In this document: piece after piece, positions 40,906-54,899 of the stretch | Layout of the letters: each line of letters starts with the position of its first letter | How positions within the stretch are numbered: the first letter of the stretch is position 1 | NCBI RefSeq assembly: GCF_006345805.1 | Contig: NC_042998.1 | Coordinates: 33,170,001 to 33,234,000 of the forward strand | From: Octopus sinensis | Lineage: Eukaryota | Direction: 5' to 3' | DNA: 64,000 nt | Made by a program: the position numbers and the translations under genes | The notes under the pieces: model-generated | Database searches by the model: none | What the model was told of the DNA's origin: nothing | The model's input: only the letters and a program-made list of their open reading frames with translations

Positions 40906-41380
40906 ACAGATTAGAAACAGAAAGACAACGGAGCGAAAAAGGTTGAAGCGGCAGACAAAAGAAAATACGACCGGATGCTTCAGCCGTTGGGGTAAAAAGG
41001 AAAAAGAAGAAGAAAAGGAAAACAAAATGACAGTGGGTCACGTGTCAGTAGTAGGAGGGAGGGAGTTAAGTGGTAGATGCAGAGAGAAGAGAGACACACA
41101 CAGAAGGCAGAGAGGGAGTATGAGAAAGTGAGAGAGGGGGGAGAGAAAAAAGAGGGAAAAAGGAGAAAGAAGAGATATAGAAAAAGACATCGAATAAATA
41201 TATCAAATCACCTTCTGTAAATAAAGTCAAAGGTACGTAGCGTTCCATTAATGAATAAGACAAAAATATAATAAAGAACAAACAGGTGTGTATGTATGAA
41301 TACATACATACATATATATATATATATTATATATATATAATATATATTATATATATAATATATATATGATATATATTAGT

Positions 41381-41585
41381 TAGTTAATCAAACAAGAAAG
41401 CACAAAAAAAACACCACAACGCGAGGACGTGGAACAAATATATTATTATTGGACGCTCAGGAAAGAAGGGAGAAGAGGATTTAACGTTTCGACGGCTCTT
41501 CGTCGGAAACCTAGGAGAAGGAAAGATCCAGAGAAGGGAAGACATGGGTGAAAAAAATCGCCAAAATCGGTCCACACGATTCACA
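41381..41585 (-). mobile_element. Second copy of the 17880-18092 element with an eroded hammerhead (41480-41510)
   Basis: Reverse complement GTTTCCGACGAAGAGCCGTCGAAACGTTAAA and the same tail. Confidence 0.75.
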
Positions 41586-41595
41586 GGGGTGTGTG

Positions 41596-41629
<34 letters not shown>

Positions 41630-41781
41630 ATATATATACATATGTGTGTGTATAAATATATAATATATATATAATATATATATGTACATATGTGGTATAT
41701 ATATATAATATATATATAATATATATATACATATGTGTGTATATATATATAATAATATATATATATAATATATATATATAC

Positions 41782-41823
<42 letters not shown>

Positions 41824-42529
41824 GTGTGTTAATATATATATATATATATATAATATATATATATATATAATATATATATATACACACCCACACAATTAAA
41901 AGGAATGATCACCAAAGTGGATTCCTAATATGCTAGGGAGAGACGTCAAATCGCTTTACCACGAAGAGTGTATTCTCAAGAAAAATTTCACCAAAACGCC
42001 AGAATGTAAAAATGAGCAAGGCAAATGAAAATATACGAAATAAAAAGAGAGAGGCGGGGAGGGAGAGGAAGAGAGGGAGGGAGGGAGGGAGGGAGGGAGA
42101 GAGATGCAATAATACGGATAAAACAAATTTGACACATCAAATATATTAAATATATTAAGCATCAAATACAAAATATACAAAAGGCGAGGAGCAGAAGATA
42201 GAACATTTCAGATGATGAATTTTTATCTATGAGTATATAGATTGCTATATAAATGTGAAGGCACGTGGCTTAGTGGTTAGGGCATTCGACTCACGATTAT
42301 AAGGTCGTGAGTTCAATTCTCGGCGATGCGTTATGTCCTTGAGCAAAACACTCTTTTTCACGTTGCTCCAGTCCTGTATTTCAAAGTGCTAGATTTGTCG
42401 TATTCTGTGTCACGCTGAATCTCCTCGGGAACTACGTTAGGGGTACACGTGTCTGTGGAATGCTCAGACACTTGCACGTTAATTTCACGAGCAAGCTGTT
42501 CCGTTGGTTTGTATTAATAGGTCCAACTT

Positions 42530-44045
42530 GCATTGAGTACAAATGACAGAGAAAATTAAAGGTGCGGAAGAAAAAGTCCAGCATCTGTTTCTGGGGTCTC
42601 GGTGATCGATAAAAATGTTGGTTCATCTTGTACAGAGAAATGAAAGACAAAGTCGTCACTGCATATTTGAAACATCTCAAACTTCTCTTAAAATCAAAAC
42701 TCAACTCTGAACCTTGTGACTGCCGTCAACATATGGGTTGTTGCTATAGTCTGCTATAGTGCACCCAAACTGAAATGGACACGAGCGAAAGAAAATTACA
42801 AGAAATAGTGCCCTCCACCCTAAGGCGAACGTGCACAGGCTCTACATGAAGAGGTGTATTGGTGGACGTGGGCTGATTAGCGTACGGGAGTGCATCAACA
42901 GTGAAAGAAGAAACATGGCAGAAAATTTGGTAAACAGCAAACAAGCTCTGCTACAGTATGCTGCTAATGCAGAAAGATTTCCCAAAGATTGGACTTGAGA
43001 GTGCTCATGAATTCCGATCAGGAGAGAGAAGAAACCCTTCTCCGCATAGAATTACATGGTCAGTTCCACCGTGAAAAGATCAGGAAGCATCATGGAGGTG
43101 GATTGGTAAGTGTGACCTAAAAAAGAATATTGAAAGCCAAATCATTGCTGCCCAGGATCATGATCAGGCATTGACTACCGACTCAGTTAAAAGAGATGTA
43201 TACCACACGAGTGCAACGAACCTCTGCAGAATGTGTGGGAAGTGGGTCGAAAGTGGGACTCACATTGTGAAAAACTTGCGCAGAGAGAGAGAGAGAGTAC
43301 AAGTGCAGACATGACAAGGTAGTCCAAAATCTTTAATGGATACTATGCCGGAAGTATGGATACGAGGTAACGGGTGCTTGGTACCAACATACACCGGAAA
43401 AGATAATGAACGAGAAGGGGTAGGTAAAAATCCTCTGGGACTTGATTTCCAAACCGATAAGGTGTTTGAGCACCGAAGGCCAGATTCAGTGACATTTAGG
43501 AGGGACAAACAAGAGTGCCTAATAGTCGACGTAGCAGTGCCTGGAGATCAACGTATTATCATGAAAAGATGGATAAATATGTAGAGCTGAGAATTGAGAT
43601 CGCCAATTTTTGGCAACTACGAGAGTCAAACATAAAGGCTGTCCCAATTGTCCCCGGAGCTTTGGGGTCAATACCATCCAAGCTGAAGAAACATCTGGAA
43701 ACTTTATATATTTCTTTATTACCCACAAGGGGCTAAACACAGAGGGGACAAACAAGGACAGACAAACGGATTAAGTCGATTACATCGACCCCAGTGCGTA
43801 ACTGGTACTTAATTTATCGTCCCCGAAAGGATGAAAGGCAAAGTCGACCTCGGCGGAATTTGAACTCAGAACGTAACGGCAGACTAAATACGGCTACGCA
43901 TTTCGCCCGGTGTGCTAACGTTTCTGCCAGCTCGCCGCCTTACATCTGGAAACTTTATAAGTATTCTACAATCTAGGCGTATTGCAAAAGTGAGCGTTAT
44001 TTGGAACTGCATGCATATTGCGTAAAGTACTGTCAGCCTAAGGTC
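42530..44045 (+). pseudogene. R4/Dong-like non-LTR retrotransposon 3' part (post-RT region, CCHC knuckle, restriction-like endonuclease), decayed
   Basis: HPKANVHRLYM, GRGLISV, LHGQF, IIAAQD, CRMC...HIV, RHDKV, HRRPD, LIVDVAVP, EKMDKY, PIVPGALGSIP, ILRKVL. Confidence 0.85.
43709..43941 (-). mobile_element. SINE-A inserted in the R4-like LINE, 18-bp TSD
   Basis: ACATCTGGAAACTTTATA at 43691-43708 and 43942-43959. Confidence 0.92.
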
Positions 44046-44506
44046 CTTGGTGTCCATCAAGAGAACTTCTTCATGGTCATTTTATTTATTTTTTTTTTTT
44101 ATAAATAGTAATGATGAAGGAGAAACGTTTACACTGTTGCTGCTATTTCTGAATATACTTCCAATGTTTATAACGTGATTTTTCTTCTTCTTCCTCTCTT
44201 GCCTCGAAAACAAACAATGTAATTGAAAAGAAACCTCTCTCTCTCTGTCTATCTATCTATCTGTCTATCTATCTATCTATCGTTTTTTCCACCTCTTTGC
44301 TAAAAACGTCACATAATAGAACAAGGAAACGCTCTGTTTTTTTTTCCTCTTTATCATTTAGATTTTAATTCCTATCTTAAAGAGTTCGTTTACACGAACG
44401 AAAGTGCTAAGAATAAAGGAATTATTCAAAATTCTGACTGTTTCCTTTTGTCTCGATATACAATATCTGTACACCACTTCAGACACTCTATACACACACA
44501 CAGACA

Positions 44507-44640
<134 letters not shown>

Positions 44641-44644
44641 TATA

Positions 44645-45030
44645 GATGCAGGTGTAGCTGCGTGGTAAGCAACTTGCTTAGCAACCACGTGGTTCCGGTT
44701 CAGTCCCACTGTGAGGAGCCTTGGGCAAGTGTCTTCTACTGTAGCCTCGGGCTGAAAAAAGCCTTGAGATTGGATTTCGTAGACGGAAACTGAAAGAAGC
44801 CCGTCGTATATATATAAGTATATATATATATGTGTGTAAGTGTGTGTGTGTGTGTGTGTCTGTGTGTATGTGTGTGTGTGTGTGTCTGCGTTTGTCCCCC
44901 GCTTGACAACCGATGCTAGTGAGTTTTGTCCTCGTAATATAGCAGTTCAGCATAAAAAAGAACCCCGATAGAATAAGTATTAGGCTTACAAAGAATAAGC
45001 CCTGGGGTCGATTTCTTCAACCAAAACCCT
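44645..45030 (+). mobile_element. SINE-B
   Basis: Family B consensus. Confidence 0.8.
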
Positions 45031-45630
45031 ATACATAATACATCCATAAACACATACATACATACACAGACACAGACACACACACACACACACACATACA
45101 TACATACATAAATACATACATACAGATGAAGTATAGCCGGATGGCGAAGAGACATTGTGCGTGAGATTAAACAAACGGAAACTATGGCGAAGCCCGTCAA
45201 ATGGGTATATATTACTAATTCAAACGTCCAGCCTTGACATTCTGTGTCACGCTTATTTTGTCTGATGGTTATGTATAAACGTTTATTGAATGAGCAAACA
45301 GCGTACATTTTTCGTACCCAACGAAGATCTATTTCGTTTACATGTGTGCTTTTACACACAAACACACACACACAACATCTAATTAGAGAAATAAGAGAGA
45401 GGGGACTGAGAGAAGTATCGGTATGCGTATATATTTATATATACAAATATACATACACACACACACATATATATACTTATATACATATATATATAAATAT
45501 GTATATATATATATATACACAAAATATATATACTATATATACATATATATACGTATATATATATATATATATATATATGCATATATATATATATATACAT
45601 ACATATATATATATATATACATATATATAT

Positions 45631-45850
45631 ACCGGAGTAAACACATAAATGTGAAACAAGGTGGAAAAAAGAGTACTCAAATAACAGTGGTAGAGTAATA
45701 TGCTTTATTTAAAGCAGCATAAAATTCAACAAAACCTGTTACTCTGAGTTTCACGTTTTGCTATTCTAGCAAAAGCTGTCCGACGAACGGCAACGTGAAA
45801 CTCAGAGTAACAGGTTTTGTTGAATTTTATGCTGCTTTAAATAAAGTATA
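45631..45850 (-). mobile_element. Fold-back pLTR-like mini element in (TA)n
   Basis: Arms 45699-45757 and 45792-45850, with the tail on the left. Confidence 0.85.
45776..45813 (+). ncRNA. 38-nt minimal hammerhead ribozyme
   Basis: CTGT-CCGACGA-ACG-GCAA-CGT-GAAAC-TCA-GAGTA-ACAG. It shares GAAACTCAGAGT with the PLE pLTR at 9641. Confidence 0.82.
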
Positions 45851-45858
45851 TATATATA

Positions 45859-46250
45859 CTGTGTGGTAAGTAGCTTGTTTACCAACCACATGGTTCCGGG
45901 TTCAGTCCCACTGCGTGGCACCTTGGGCAAGTGTCTTCTGCTATAGCCTCAGGCCGACCAAAGCCTTGTGAGTGGATTTGGTAGACGGAAACTGAAAGAA
46001 GCCTGTCGTATATATGTATACATATGTATATATGTGGGTGCGTGTATGTTTGTGTTTGTCCCCCTAGCATTGCTTGACAACCTATGCTGGTGAGCTTATG
46101 TCCCCGTCACTTAGCGGCTCGGCAAAAGAGACCGATAGAATAAGTACTGGGCTTACAAAGAATAAGTCCCAGGGTCGAGTTGCTCGATTAAAAAAAAGGC
46201 GGTGCTCCAGCATGGCCGCAGTCAAATGACTGAAACAAGTAAAAGAGAAA
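45859..46250 (+). mobile_element. SINE-B
   Basis: Family B consensus. Confidence 0.86.
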
Positions 46251-46549
46251 AAGAGAGATATATACATACACACAGACACACAAACATATATACATATACA
46301 CACTCACAGATACATATATTAATGATTGCTGTTATGTGCAGTACTCATAAAAAAGTTTTACATTGATCTCATGGGTTACTCTATACTTTTGAAGAGTACA
46401 AATTATTTTTATTGAAGAATGTTGTGGACAGTGACTTCGAAGCTTCGTATATATATATATATTTATATATATAAAACGTCTTCTACTATAGCCTCGGTCC
46501 GATCAAATCTTTGTGAGTGGATTTGTTAGATGGTAACTGAAAGAAGCAG

Positions 46550-46850
46550 AGTAGATGAAACCATGGCGACTGAAGAAGGGGAATTTTCCTTGTGTTATTT
46601 GACCTGTACTCTTTTTTTTTCTTTTTGTCGTTTAAGAAAAATGTCCAGTTCCTTGGTTTTGTGTTTATGTTTTCGTTTCTCATTGTGTCGACGTTTTTTT
46701 TTTTGGTGTCCTGTACCCATATATGCATGTATATATACATGTAGATGTAGGTACGTACATATATGTATGTATATATGCATATGTTTTATTTATTAATTTG
46801 TTATTACACGACAGAATGTACGCATCCATTTCTAAGTAAGTTTGTTCTTA
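46550..46850 (+). repeat. Interspersed repeat ending in (TA)n, possibly pLTR-derived; other copies at 1-140 (+) and 19138-19345, 19457-19745, 36720-37080 (-)
   Basis: 46711-46850 is nearly identical to 1-140. Shared GTACAGGACA..AAA..GAGAAACGAAAACATA block. Confidence 0.7.
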
Positions 46851-46879
46851 ATATATATGTATATATATATATATATATA

Positions 46880-47259
46880 TCTCTCTATATAAACGGCAGT
46901 TTGTCTGTGCGTGTTTCTGTGTGTCTGTTTTCTCGTACCCTCACTCTGACCACGGCTTTCAACCGATTCTGATGAAACTTGACACACACATAGCCCAATG
47001 TCATAATTCAAAACTAACGCAGCGAAAATTTTGAAAAGTTCCCCCAGTTCTGAAAAAATCGATAAATTCGACATGGGTCGAGAATCAAAAAAAATAAACC
47101 ACAGACTGTCTAGGGGACGCAACTCAAACTTTTTTTACTCTCAAAAAAAAATTAACCATCATTTTTTTTCCATTTTTTTGCTATTTTTGGCTATAACTCT
47201 CTAAAAATGCTTTATAGTATTTCCCTACAAACCTGAGCAACGCCGGGCGATACTGCTAG
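46880..47259 (+). mobile_element. Non-autonomous Helitron
   Basis: A|TC 5' end, subterminal GC-rich hairpin CCTGAGCAACGCCGGG, CTAG|T 3' end. Confidence 0.85.
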
Positions 47260-48941
47260 TATATATATATATATTATATATATATATATATATGCATATA
47301 TCCCATGCTCATGGATATCCCAGAAACAGCTGTAAGATTTTGAATTTCTTCCTATAATAATATGGTATACGTACTTGGGTGATCTAATCGACTGGCCCTT
47401 CCCCCACAAAATTTCGGACCTTGTGCCTAGATTAGAAAAGAATCATTGTTGTTGAGAGAAAACAAGGAATTGGTAGCGACTACTTTTTTTTTTGTATTCC
47501 GTATTTAAATTTTATTTGAACGAACTTCGAATTATGTCTCTATGGGGATACAAAAATATATTTACCAGTAATATACCGGTCAATTCAATGAAGTGTATTA
47601 CTTTTTTTAGAAATTTTGGCTAATACGAAAGTGTCTTTATGGTTGTCGAAACTACTACAACACTCTGCCAATTTTCCTTTAAATCACAATCTAGCGTTTT
47701 TTTCCCTTTTCTTTTCTTTTTTTCTTTCTCATTCTTTGTTTCCTGCTTGGGGTGCATATCGGACCATAAGTAACTTGATAACACTGTCTTGAAAAGAGAA
47801 ACGAATGAGGTCAGGGCTTCAACATCTTTGATGATAGGTTCGCTCTACTAGGACTAAGCTTAAGTAAAAAGGAATAACATTTGACGTTTATCCATTTCGC
47901 TTTATCTTGGTCGATGTGACTCAATGGTTAATGGAAATATACAACAATCTGGTTGTGTATAATCAGCTGCCAAAATGTGCTTGATAACATTTCAAAGCGC
48001 TGTATCTATTCCCACTCTGAAAGATAAGCCTGGAACGGTTAATCAGTTTCTTACTTAATATGCGCTTCATGCATACATATATCTTGAAGATCGTCATCAA
48101 ATTACTTAATTAGCCTTATTAATAAACCAGACTTTAAAAAAATCCAAAGATTGCTGCACGAAAGTCAATTGACTCGTGGCAGATTAACTAATTTAAATTA
48201 TTAATAAACTACCACGTAATAAATCTTAGTTTAAATATAACAGATATCATTTTTATCTCATATAATTTTTCATTTATCTCGGATAATTCTTAACTATATA
48301 TAATAAAAATACCGAGCAGCAAAGTTTTTATTTTGTCTTTTGTTTGTTTGTTTTTTTTAATATAAGAACTACCAATCGAAAAACCTGGAGAACATTGAAA
48401 TAAAGGCTACTAAATAGTGATTTTTCTCCCGCTATTTTCTGCCAATGTATTCCAGTACTGTATTGAATTTCAAGACGTGTACTTACCTCAAAGATATCAG
48501 CATATATTATAATATCTTGGGTTGAGATGTTAACACTTTTCGTTCATCTCGTTCATCGAATAACGGCAGAAGTAAAATCTCTATTTTTATCCGCCAACTA
48601 TGTCGAAGTGCAGATAGAAAAGCACAGCGCCAATTAACTGCGGGTGTCGGCTTAGTGTTCTGTGGCATGACTGCAATTATGATTACTAAACCCACTGTGC
48701 TGTATCACTTACAGATGGATACCTTTTAATTCTTCTTAATTAAGAGCATACGTCTATATTTTTCTAGAAGAGAGTTCGCATGTGATATGATGTTCATGCC
48801 TCACCGAAGTCAACTCTGCTTTCATCCTTTTGGGATCAGAAAAATAATGTATTAGCTAAGTCCTTCGGTCGATATCAACTAATACTCCCCTCCAAATTTC
48901 AGGCTTTGTGCCAATGCAATCATTATTATTAGAATATAATC

Positions 48942-49560
48942 AAAGCGGCGCGCTGGCACAATCGTTAGCACGCCAGGCGAAATGCTTAGCGGTATTTCGT
49001 CTGCCCGTTACGTTGTGAGTTCAAATTCCGCCGAGGTCGACTTTGCCTTTCATCCTTTCGGGGTCGATAAATTAAGCACCAGTTACGCACTGGGGTCGAT
49101 GTAATCGACTTAATACCTATGTCTGTCCTTGTTTGTCCCCTCTGTGTTTAGCCCCTTGTGGGTAATAAAGAAATAGGTATATCGTCTGTCTTTACTTTCT
49201 GAGTTCAAATTCCACCGAGATCAGCTTTGCCTTTCATCCTTTCGGGGTCGATAAATTAAGCACCAGTTGCATACTGGAATCGATCTAATCGACTAGCCCA
49301 CTCCCCTAAAATTTCGGGCCTTGTGCCTAGGGTAGAAAAGAATATTAAAATAAAATCAAGGCGGCGAGCTGGCAGAAACGTTAGCACGCCGGGCGAAATG
49401 CATAGCGGTATTTCGTCTACCGCTACGTTCTGAGTTTAAATTCAGCCGAGGTCGACTTTTCCTTTCATCCTTTCGGGGTCGATTAGATAAGTACCAGTTA
49501 CGCACTGGATTCTATATAGTCGACTTAATCCGTTTGTCTGTCTTTGTTTGTCCTCTCCGT
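48942..49560 (+). mobile_element. SINE-A dimer plus an adjacent copy
   Basis: Family A consensus. Confidence 0.85.
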
Positions 49561-50160
49561 GAAGAGGATGGTAGGGGCAGATCTAAAAATGAACTAACAA
49601 AAGCGAGAAATAGTTAGAAAAGTTGTACGAGAAACCTACCTTCACTGAGGTCCTGGCCAATCGGATCAGTCAAAAGCTTTCGAGTAATCTATGTGAGTAA
49701 AGCCCTACAGAGTTACCAGCAGAGTTGGCCAGTATCCCTCAGAAAAATATCAAACGAAAGCTATCTTTGAAAGGTCATGCAGAGGTTGAAAAGGTTTTCA
49801 TTATTACCGTCTAAGAATCTTGCCTTACTCCAGTTTTTGCTTGACCAGATTGGAGAGACTGCTTTTCCGCTTCGTGTTTAAGGGATGCGTTCCACTGGTC
49901 AGGCAGCCTGTTTGCAACCAACACAGTTGACACCGAGTGGGCTCCGTATTCTGTGGCTGTTGATACGCAGACAGGAGATGAGAATGCAACTCCTCCTGAA
50001 CAGTGAGTGATCTCTGGAATGTAGAATGTTGCCAAACGCTCGCCGACCTCTAACAGATGGACAATTTGGTCGGTGGAACTTACACGTTAGCAATCATAGA
50101 ACAATCATAGAGCGGAGAAGAGGGGTGACGACGTTCTCAGGAAACTCTGGTAGTTGACGG
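49560..50160 (+). pseudogene. L1/Tx1-like ORF2 post-RT fragment
   Basis: RKLSLKGHAEV, LTRLERLLFRFVFKGCVPLVRQPVC, LIRRQEMRMQLL. Confidence 0.65.
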
Positions 50161-51947
50161 GGCTGGAGTGGTTTATTCTAGAGGTGAAAAATAATGTAAG
50201 AAATTGTTTCTTCGGGTGCCGAACTTTAAGCACTAAATGTCTTTACCTTACTCAAAAAATGGCACAACAAGGACTTAACAGCATCTGATAAGCTTCGGCA
50301 TCGTCATTCACAAAAATACAAAGGAACAAAGTGACAAAACATGTCTATTGGCCCGTTGAAGAAACTCACTGGTACCTCACTTATTTCGAAACTATAATCG
50401 CCCCACTCAGCCTAACTAAAAGAAAAATTAACATTTCAGTGCCTCACTGTTTCAAAGCACCAACTGGTTTTTACCTCAAATATGAAGCAATTCCTTCTTT
50501 ACAATAGGAGATGTTTAAAAAAAAAAACAAATACCGCTAATTGTTTCTATACATAGTATGTTCATGATTTTATTTTTCATTCACTCCGAGTAGCACATCA
50601 TAAACGCATTTCCAGTTTGGCTCACCCCAAAAGAGTTTTGCGTGTTTTTTCTTTAGTCATATACAGACACTTCCTTACTCTGCCAATCACTATTACATCA
50701 ATTAAAGTTTTGGTAATTTCTTCCTTTGTCCTTTTTGATAGCAATTTTCATTAACAATAACGACTTTTTTTCGTCAGTACGATTACAATTTCATTTTCCA
50801 TTTTCCTGCAGCCTTTGTGCTTGTAAGGAACCTGAAGATTTTTATCAATCTTTTCCATCCTTCCCGACCATGAGCTTCCTTTAATCATTTAACGTGTCCA
50901 GTATATAATCAAATATTGGTGTAACTTTCATTCAAGTGTGTCCTTGAATTTGCCAAACCTGGTACCACCTACCATTTCTCTCTTTGAGAGATTTTTTTTT
51001 AAATCCTGCCAGGTGCAGGATTAAAACAGTTGCAAGCGTTCATCAGACACGATGGAATTGCTTCTGATTTGACATGGAAGATTCTAGTATCAATTTAAAA
51101 AGTTTTGTCTGATCTCCCGAAGAATGGTTGCTAGCGCTTAACTATATACTTCACTCCCCCAGAAGGTAGCCTTGAGAAAATTTACAACGTAATTATAAAT
51201 GTAAGAAGGTTATTAAGAAAAGTGAATGCGCATCAGTCCAGATGTACAAAATGGAATGGCAAATTCCCTGAAATGTTTTTAATTCAACTGTGAAATCGGT
51301 GTAACTGTTTAGCTTTTTAGCCAGCTTGCACCCAACTTTGTAATAATTTGGCGTTACTATTTTGCTCATTAATATACTAATGGCATTTCTAAAAGAAGGA
51401 AATTATGCCAGATTTATTAAATACTAGTGACCTGCCTTTATAATAAAGTTTTGCAGTATTTTTGCATTGTTATTTCCTAAGATGAGAGAAGATTCATGGG
51501 AGTAACTTAGAGCTTTTATGCGAAAAAAGTGGTACTGCGAAGTTAGGCGTATAAACAGTAGCTTTGTTTATATTGCTGCTACTCCAAGTTTATTTTCGAA
51601 GTTAATGGAGACCATCTTGATACAAAACACTATCATTACTAATTTATTTGGAAGGGAAGGAGAGGCGGCTATGCGAGTTTCTGCTGCACCATCTGGTGCA
51701 CCTCTCTTTTCCTGAGATGTGTGCAACGATGTGTTCTTATTTTTGGTATGATTGGACGGGTATAGACGCCTCCTGTTGGGGTACTGCACCTGTTTGTTTT
51801 GATATGGGGTTTTGTTTCGTGTCATATTATGTTTGTTCTGTTGAATCTGATGTGTATAAAGTAAGTTCTGTTATTTTATTGCGCCTTAAACATGTCTGGT
51901 ATATGTCGAATGAGTTGTGTTTCTTTAGATTTGTGGGTGTTATATAT

Positions 51948-52317
51948 GTGGCACTCAGTTGGTTACGACGACGAGGGTTCTAGTCGATCCGATCAACGGA
52001 ACAGCCTGCTCGTGAAATTAACATGTAAGTGGCTGAGTACTCCACAGATGCGTGTACCCTTAACGTAGTTCTCGGGGACATTCAATGTGACAAGGCTGGG
52101 CCTTTGAAAATACAAGTACAACAGAAACAGGAAGAAAGAGTGAAAGAAAGTTGTGATGAAAGAATACGGCAGTGTTCGCCACCACTCCCTGTCGGAGCCT
52201 CGTGGAGTTTTAGGTGTTTTCGCTCAATAAACACTCACATCGCCTGGTCTGGGAATCGAAACCGCGATCCTACGACCGCGAATCCGCTGCCCTAACCACT
52301 GGGCCACAGCGCCTCCA
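51948..52317 (-). mobile_element. SINE-C
   Basis: Reverse complement of family C. Confidence 0.84.
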
Positions 52318-52851
52318 CTGGGTGTTATATAACCAATTGCTCAATGCAGCGTCCTTATTTTATCCTCCTCTAGATGTTTTGTTATTTGCCAACATCAGAA
52401 TTTAATTATACTGTCTAGCAGAAAAGGCATCAACAAACGTATGTAGCTTAATGCGTGGTGAAAGTGTAATGCAATAGAATTTAGTAGTGCAGGAGAAGGA
52501 TCTTGTAGATAATCGAGTTCAGATGTTACGTTCCAAAACCGCCGCGATAGGTGAAAATCCGCGAAGTAGAAACAGTACTGTACTGCATTTTTTTTATTAT
52601 TATTTTTATAATTTGTATATATTTTATTGTAACTGCCAAACAACACCACGGAGGAATCGGCATAAGCTTAAATAATAAATCGCGATAGGTGAACCACGAT
52701 AGGTGAACCGCGATAGATGAGCCGTGATATGTATACATACATATATAATATATATATATATATATATATAATATATATGTGTGTGTATGTATGTATGTGT
52801 GTATGTTATATATATATATATATTATATATAATATATATATATATATTATA

Positions 52852-52902
<51 letters not shown>

Positions 52903-52906
<4 letters not shown>

Positions 52907-53125
52907 GGTGAGCTGGCAGAATCGTTAGCACGCCGGGCGAAATTCTTAGCAGTATTTCGTCTGCCGTTACGTTATGAGTTCACATTCAGCCGAGGTCGAC
53001 TTTGCCTTTCGGGGTCCATAAAATAAGTACCAGTTACGCACTGGGGTCGATCTAATCGATTTGATCCGTTTGTCTGTCCTTGTTTGTCCCCTCTGTGTTT
53101 AGCCCCTTATGGGCAATAAAGAAAT
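52903..53125 (+). mobile_element. SINE-A
   Basis: Family A consensus. Confidence 0.85.
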
Positions 53126-53154
53126 ACATACATACATACATATTATATATATAT

Positions 53155-53196
<42 letters not shown>

Positions 53197-54316
53197 CACA
53201 TATTGATACCTGTGCCGCACAACTTCATCCCAATTTTAGCATCTTTCCCCTCTACAAATTTAAAGACAATGCCACTCATACCCAGCGAATAACCATGGAA
53301 TCCCACCTTATTAATAAATACAGACCACTTCTAAACACATCCCCCTAACACGAACCCACAAAACACACTTACACCTGCACACACCCTACACACACTTTTA
53401 CCCAGATATTAACACCATGACACACGCAAATATATGGTTCCACACATACACATAATTTGATACGGATGCAAAACATCCAACACTATTTTTGGGAAATGAC
53501 TGTAAATATTGACTTCACACAAACACGTTGCTTCCCGATACAGGCACAAGGCCAGCAGAACTATAAATATTGAAAATTGTACCCACACACGCACACATAC
53601 ATACACGCGCGCGCGCCCCAACATACTTATAAACACACACACACGCGCGCGCGCGCGCGCTCACACATACATACATATAGCTCTTCCTGTCCTAAACGAA
53701 CTTACTTATCCAGCTCAAATTCAGTCAAGCGGAAAATACACTCCTTAACTACGCTCTAAAAAGCTATTTAAAATATCCACATGACGTCTACTGACCAGCC
53801 TGAACAATAAGAATTTTCAGCAATGCTATTTTCGAAAACTCCATACACCACCCACAGCAACATTCATTGTAAACATTCACGTGACCTCTCTATTATGACC
53901 ACATCTACGTGACCTCTTTATTATGACCAATAAGAAATTTTAGGCGCGACACTAGCCAAATTTTAACATCTCTGGAGCCTATTTTCTTACCCCAACACCA
54001 ACTTCCATTCAAACATTCACGTGACCCCTTTATAATGACCAATCAAAATTGTATTGACCATTGTCCACAAGAAATTTTAGGCGCGAAACCAAGCAAATCT
54101 TAAACAACTCTGGAGCCTCTTTTTTCACATATAAGAGACAGCAAACCCAACATAAAGTCAGATAAGAGAAAAAAATCTATCAGAAAGGAACTCTATCTCT
54201 CTTAAAAAAATATCTTTTGATAAGCATAACAAATGCGCAACCAGTAAAAAGCACATTCACCTAATTAAATACACTCTCCCTTACTTAAATTATTTTGTCA
54301 GCATTTTCTTCATTTC

Positions 54317-54357
<41 letters not shown>

Positions 54358-54386
54358 TATATATATATATATATACACACACACAC

Positions 54387-54482
54387 AGAGTAATCCCTTG
54401 TCTGTCGTGGGTATTACGTTCCAAAACCCCCGCGATAGGTGAACCGTGATAGGTGAACCGCGATATGGCGCGGTATTACTAT
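54387..54482. mobile_element. pogo/Tigger-type MITE; related pieces at 52526-52732 and 32766-32838
   Basis: TTACGTTCCAAAAC..CGCGATAGGTGAA subrepeats and imperfect AGTAATCCC/GGTATTACT ends. Confidence 0.6.
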
Positions 54483-54899
54483 ATAACTGCGTTTACATAC
54501 ATATTGAGAAAACTGACCGAAACCACTATTTGAGGGTTGCTTTATTCGCTTATTGCTTTCTCGGTGTCATTTGGGACGGAGGTTGGAGTTTTCATTGATC
54601 GAGTCATGACTGTACACTAAAACTGATTTTGTTTTAACCCTTACCCTAGGTAACGCTTACTACAATGCTTCTTGTAGTTTGTCTCATCATGAGTTGTGGC
54701 TGTGTGGTAAGAAGCTTGCTTCCCAACTATAGGATTCGGAGTTCAGTCCTACTACGTGGTACTTTGGGCAAGTGCCTTCGGCTATAGACTTAGGCCGACG
54801 AAAGCCTGGTGAGTGGATTTGGTAAACGGAAACTGGAAAAAGCTTGTCGTATATACATGTGTGTGTATTTTGAGCATTAAAATTCGCTTTAATGCCGAC

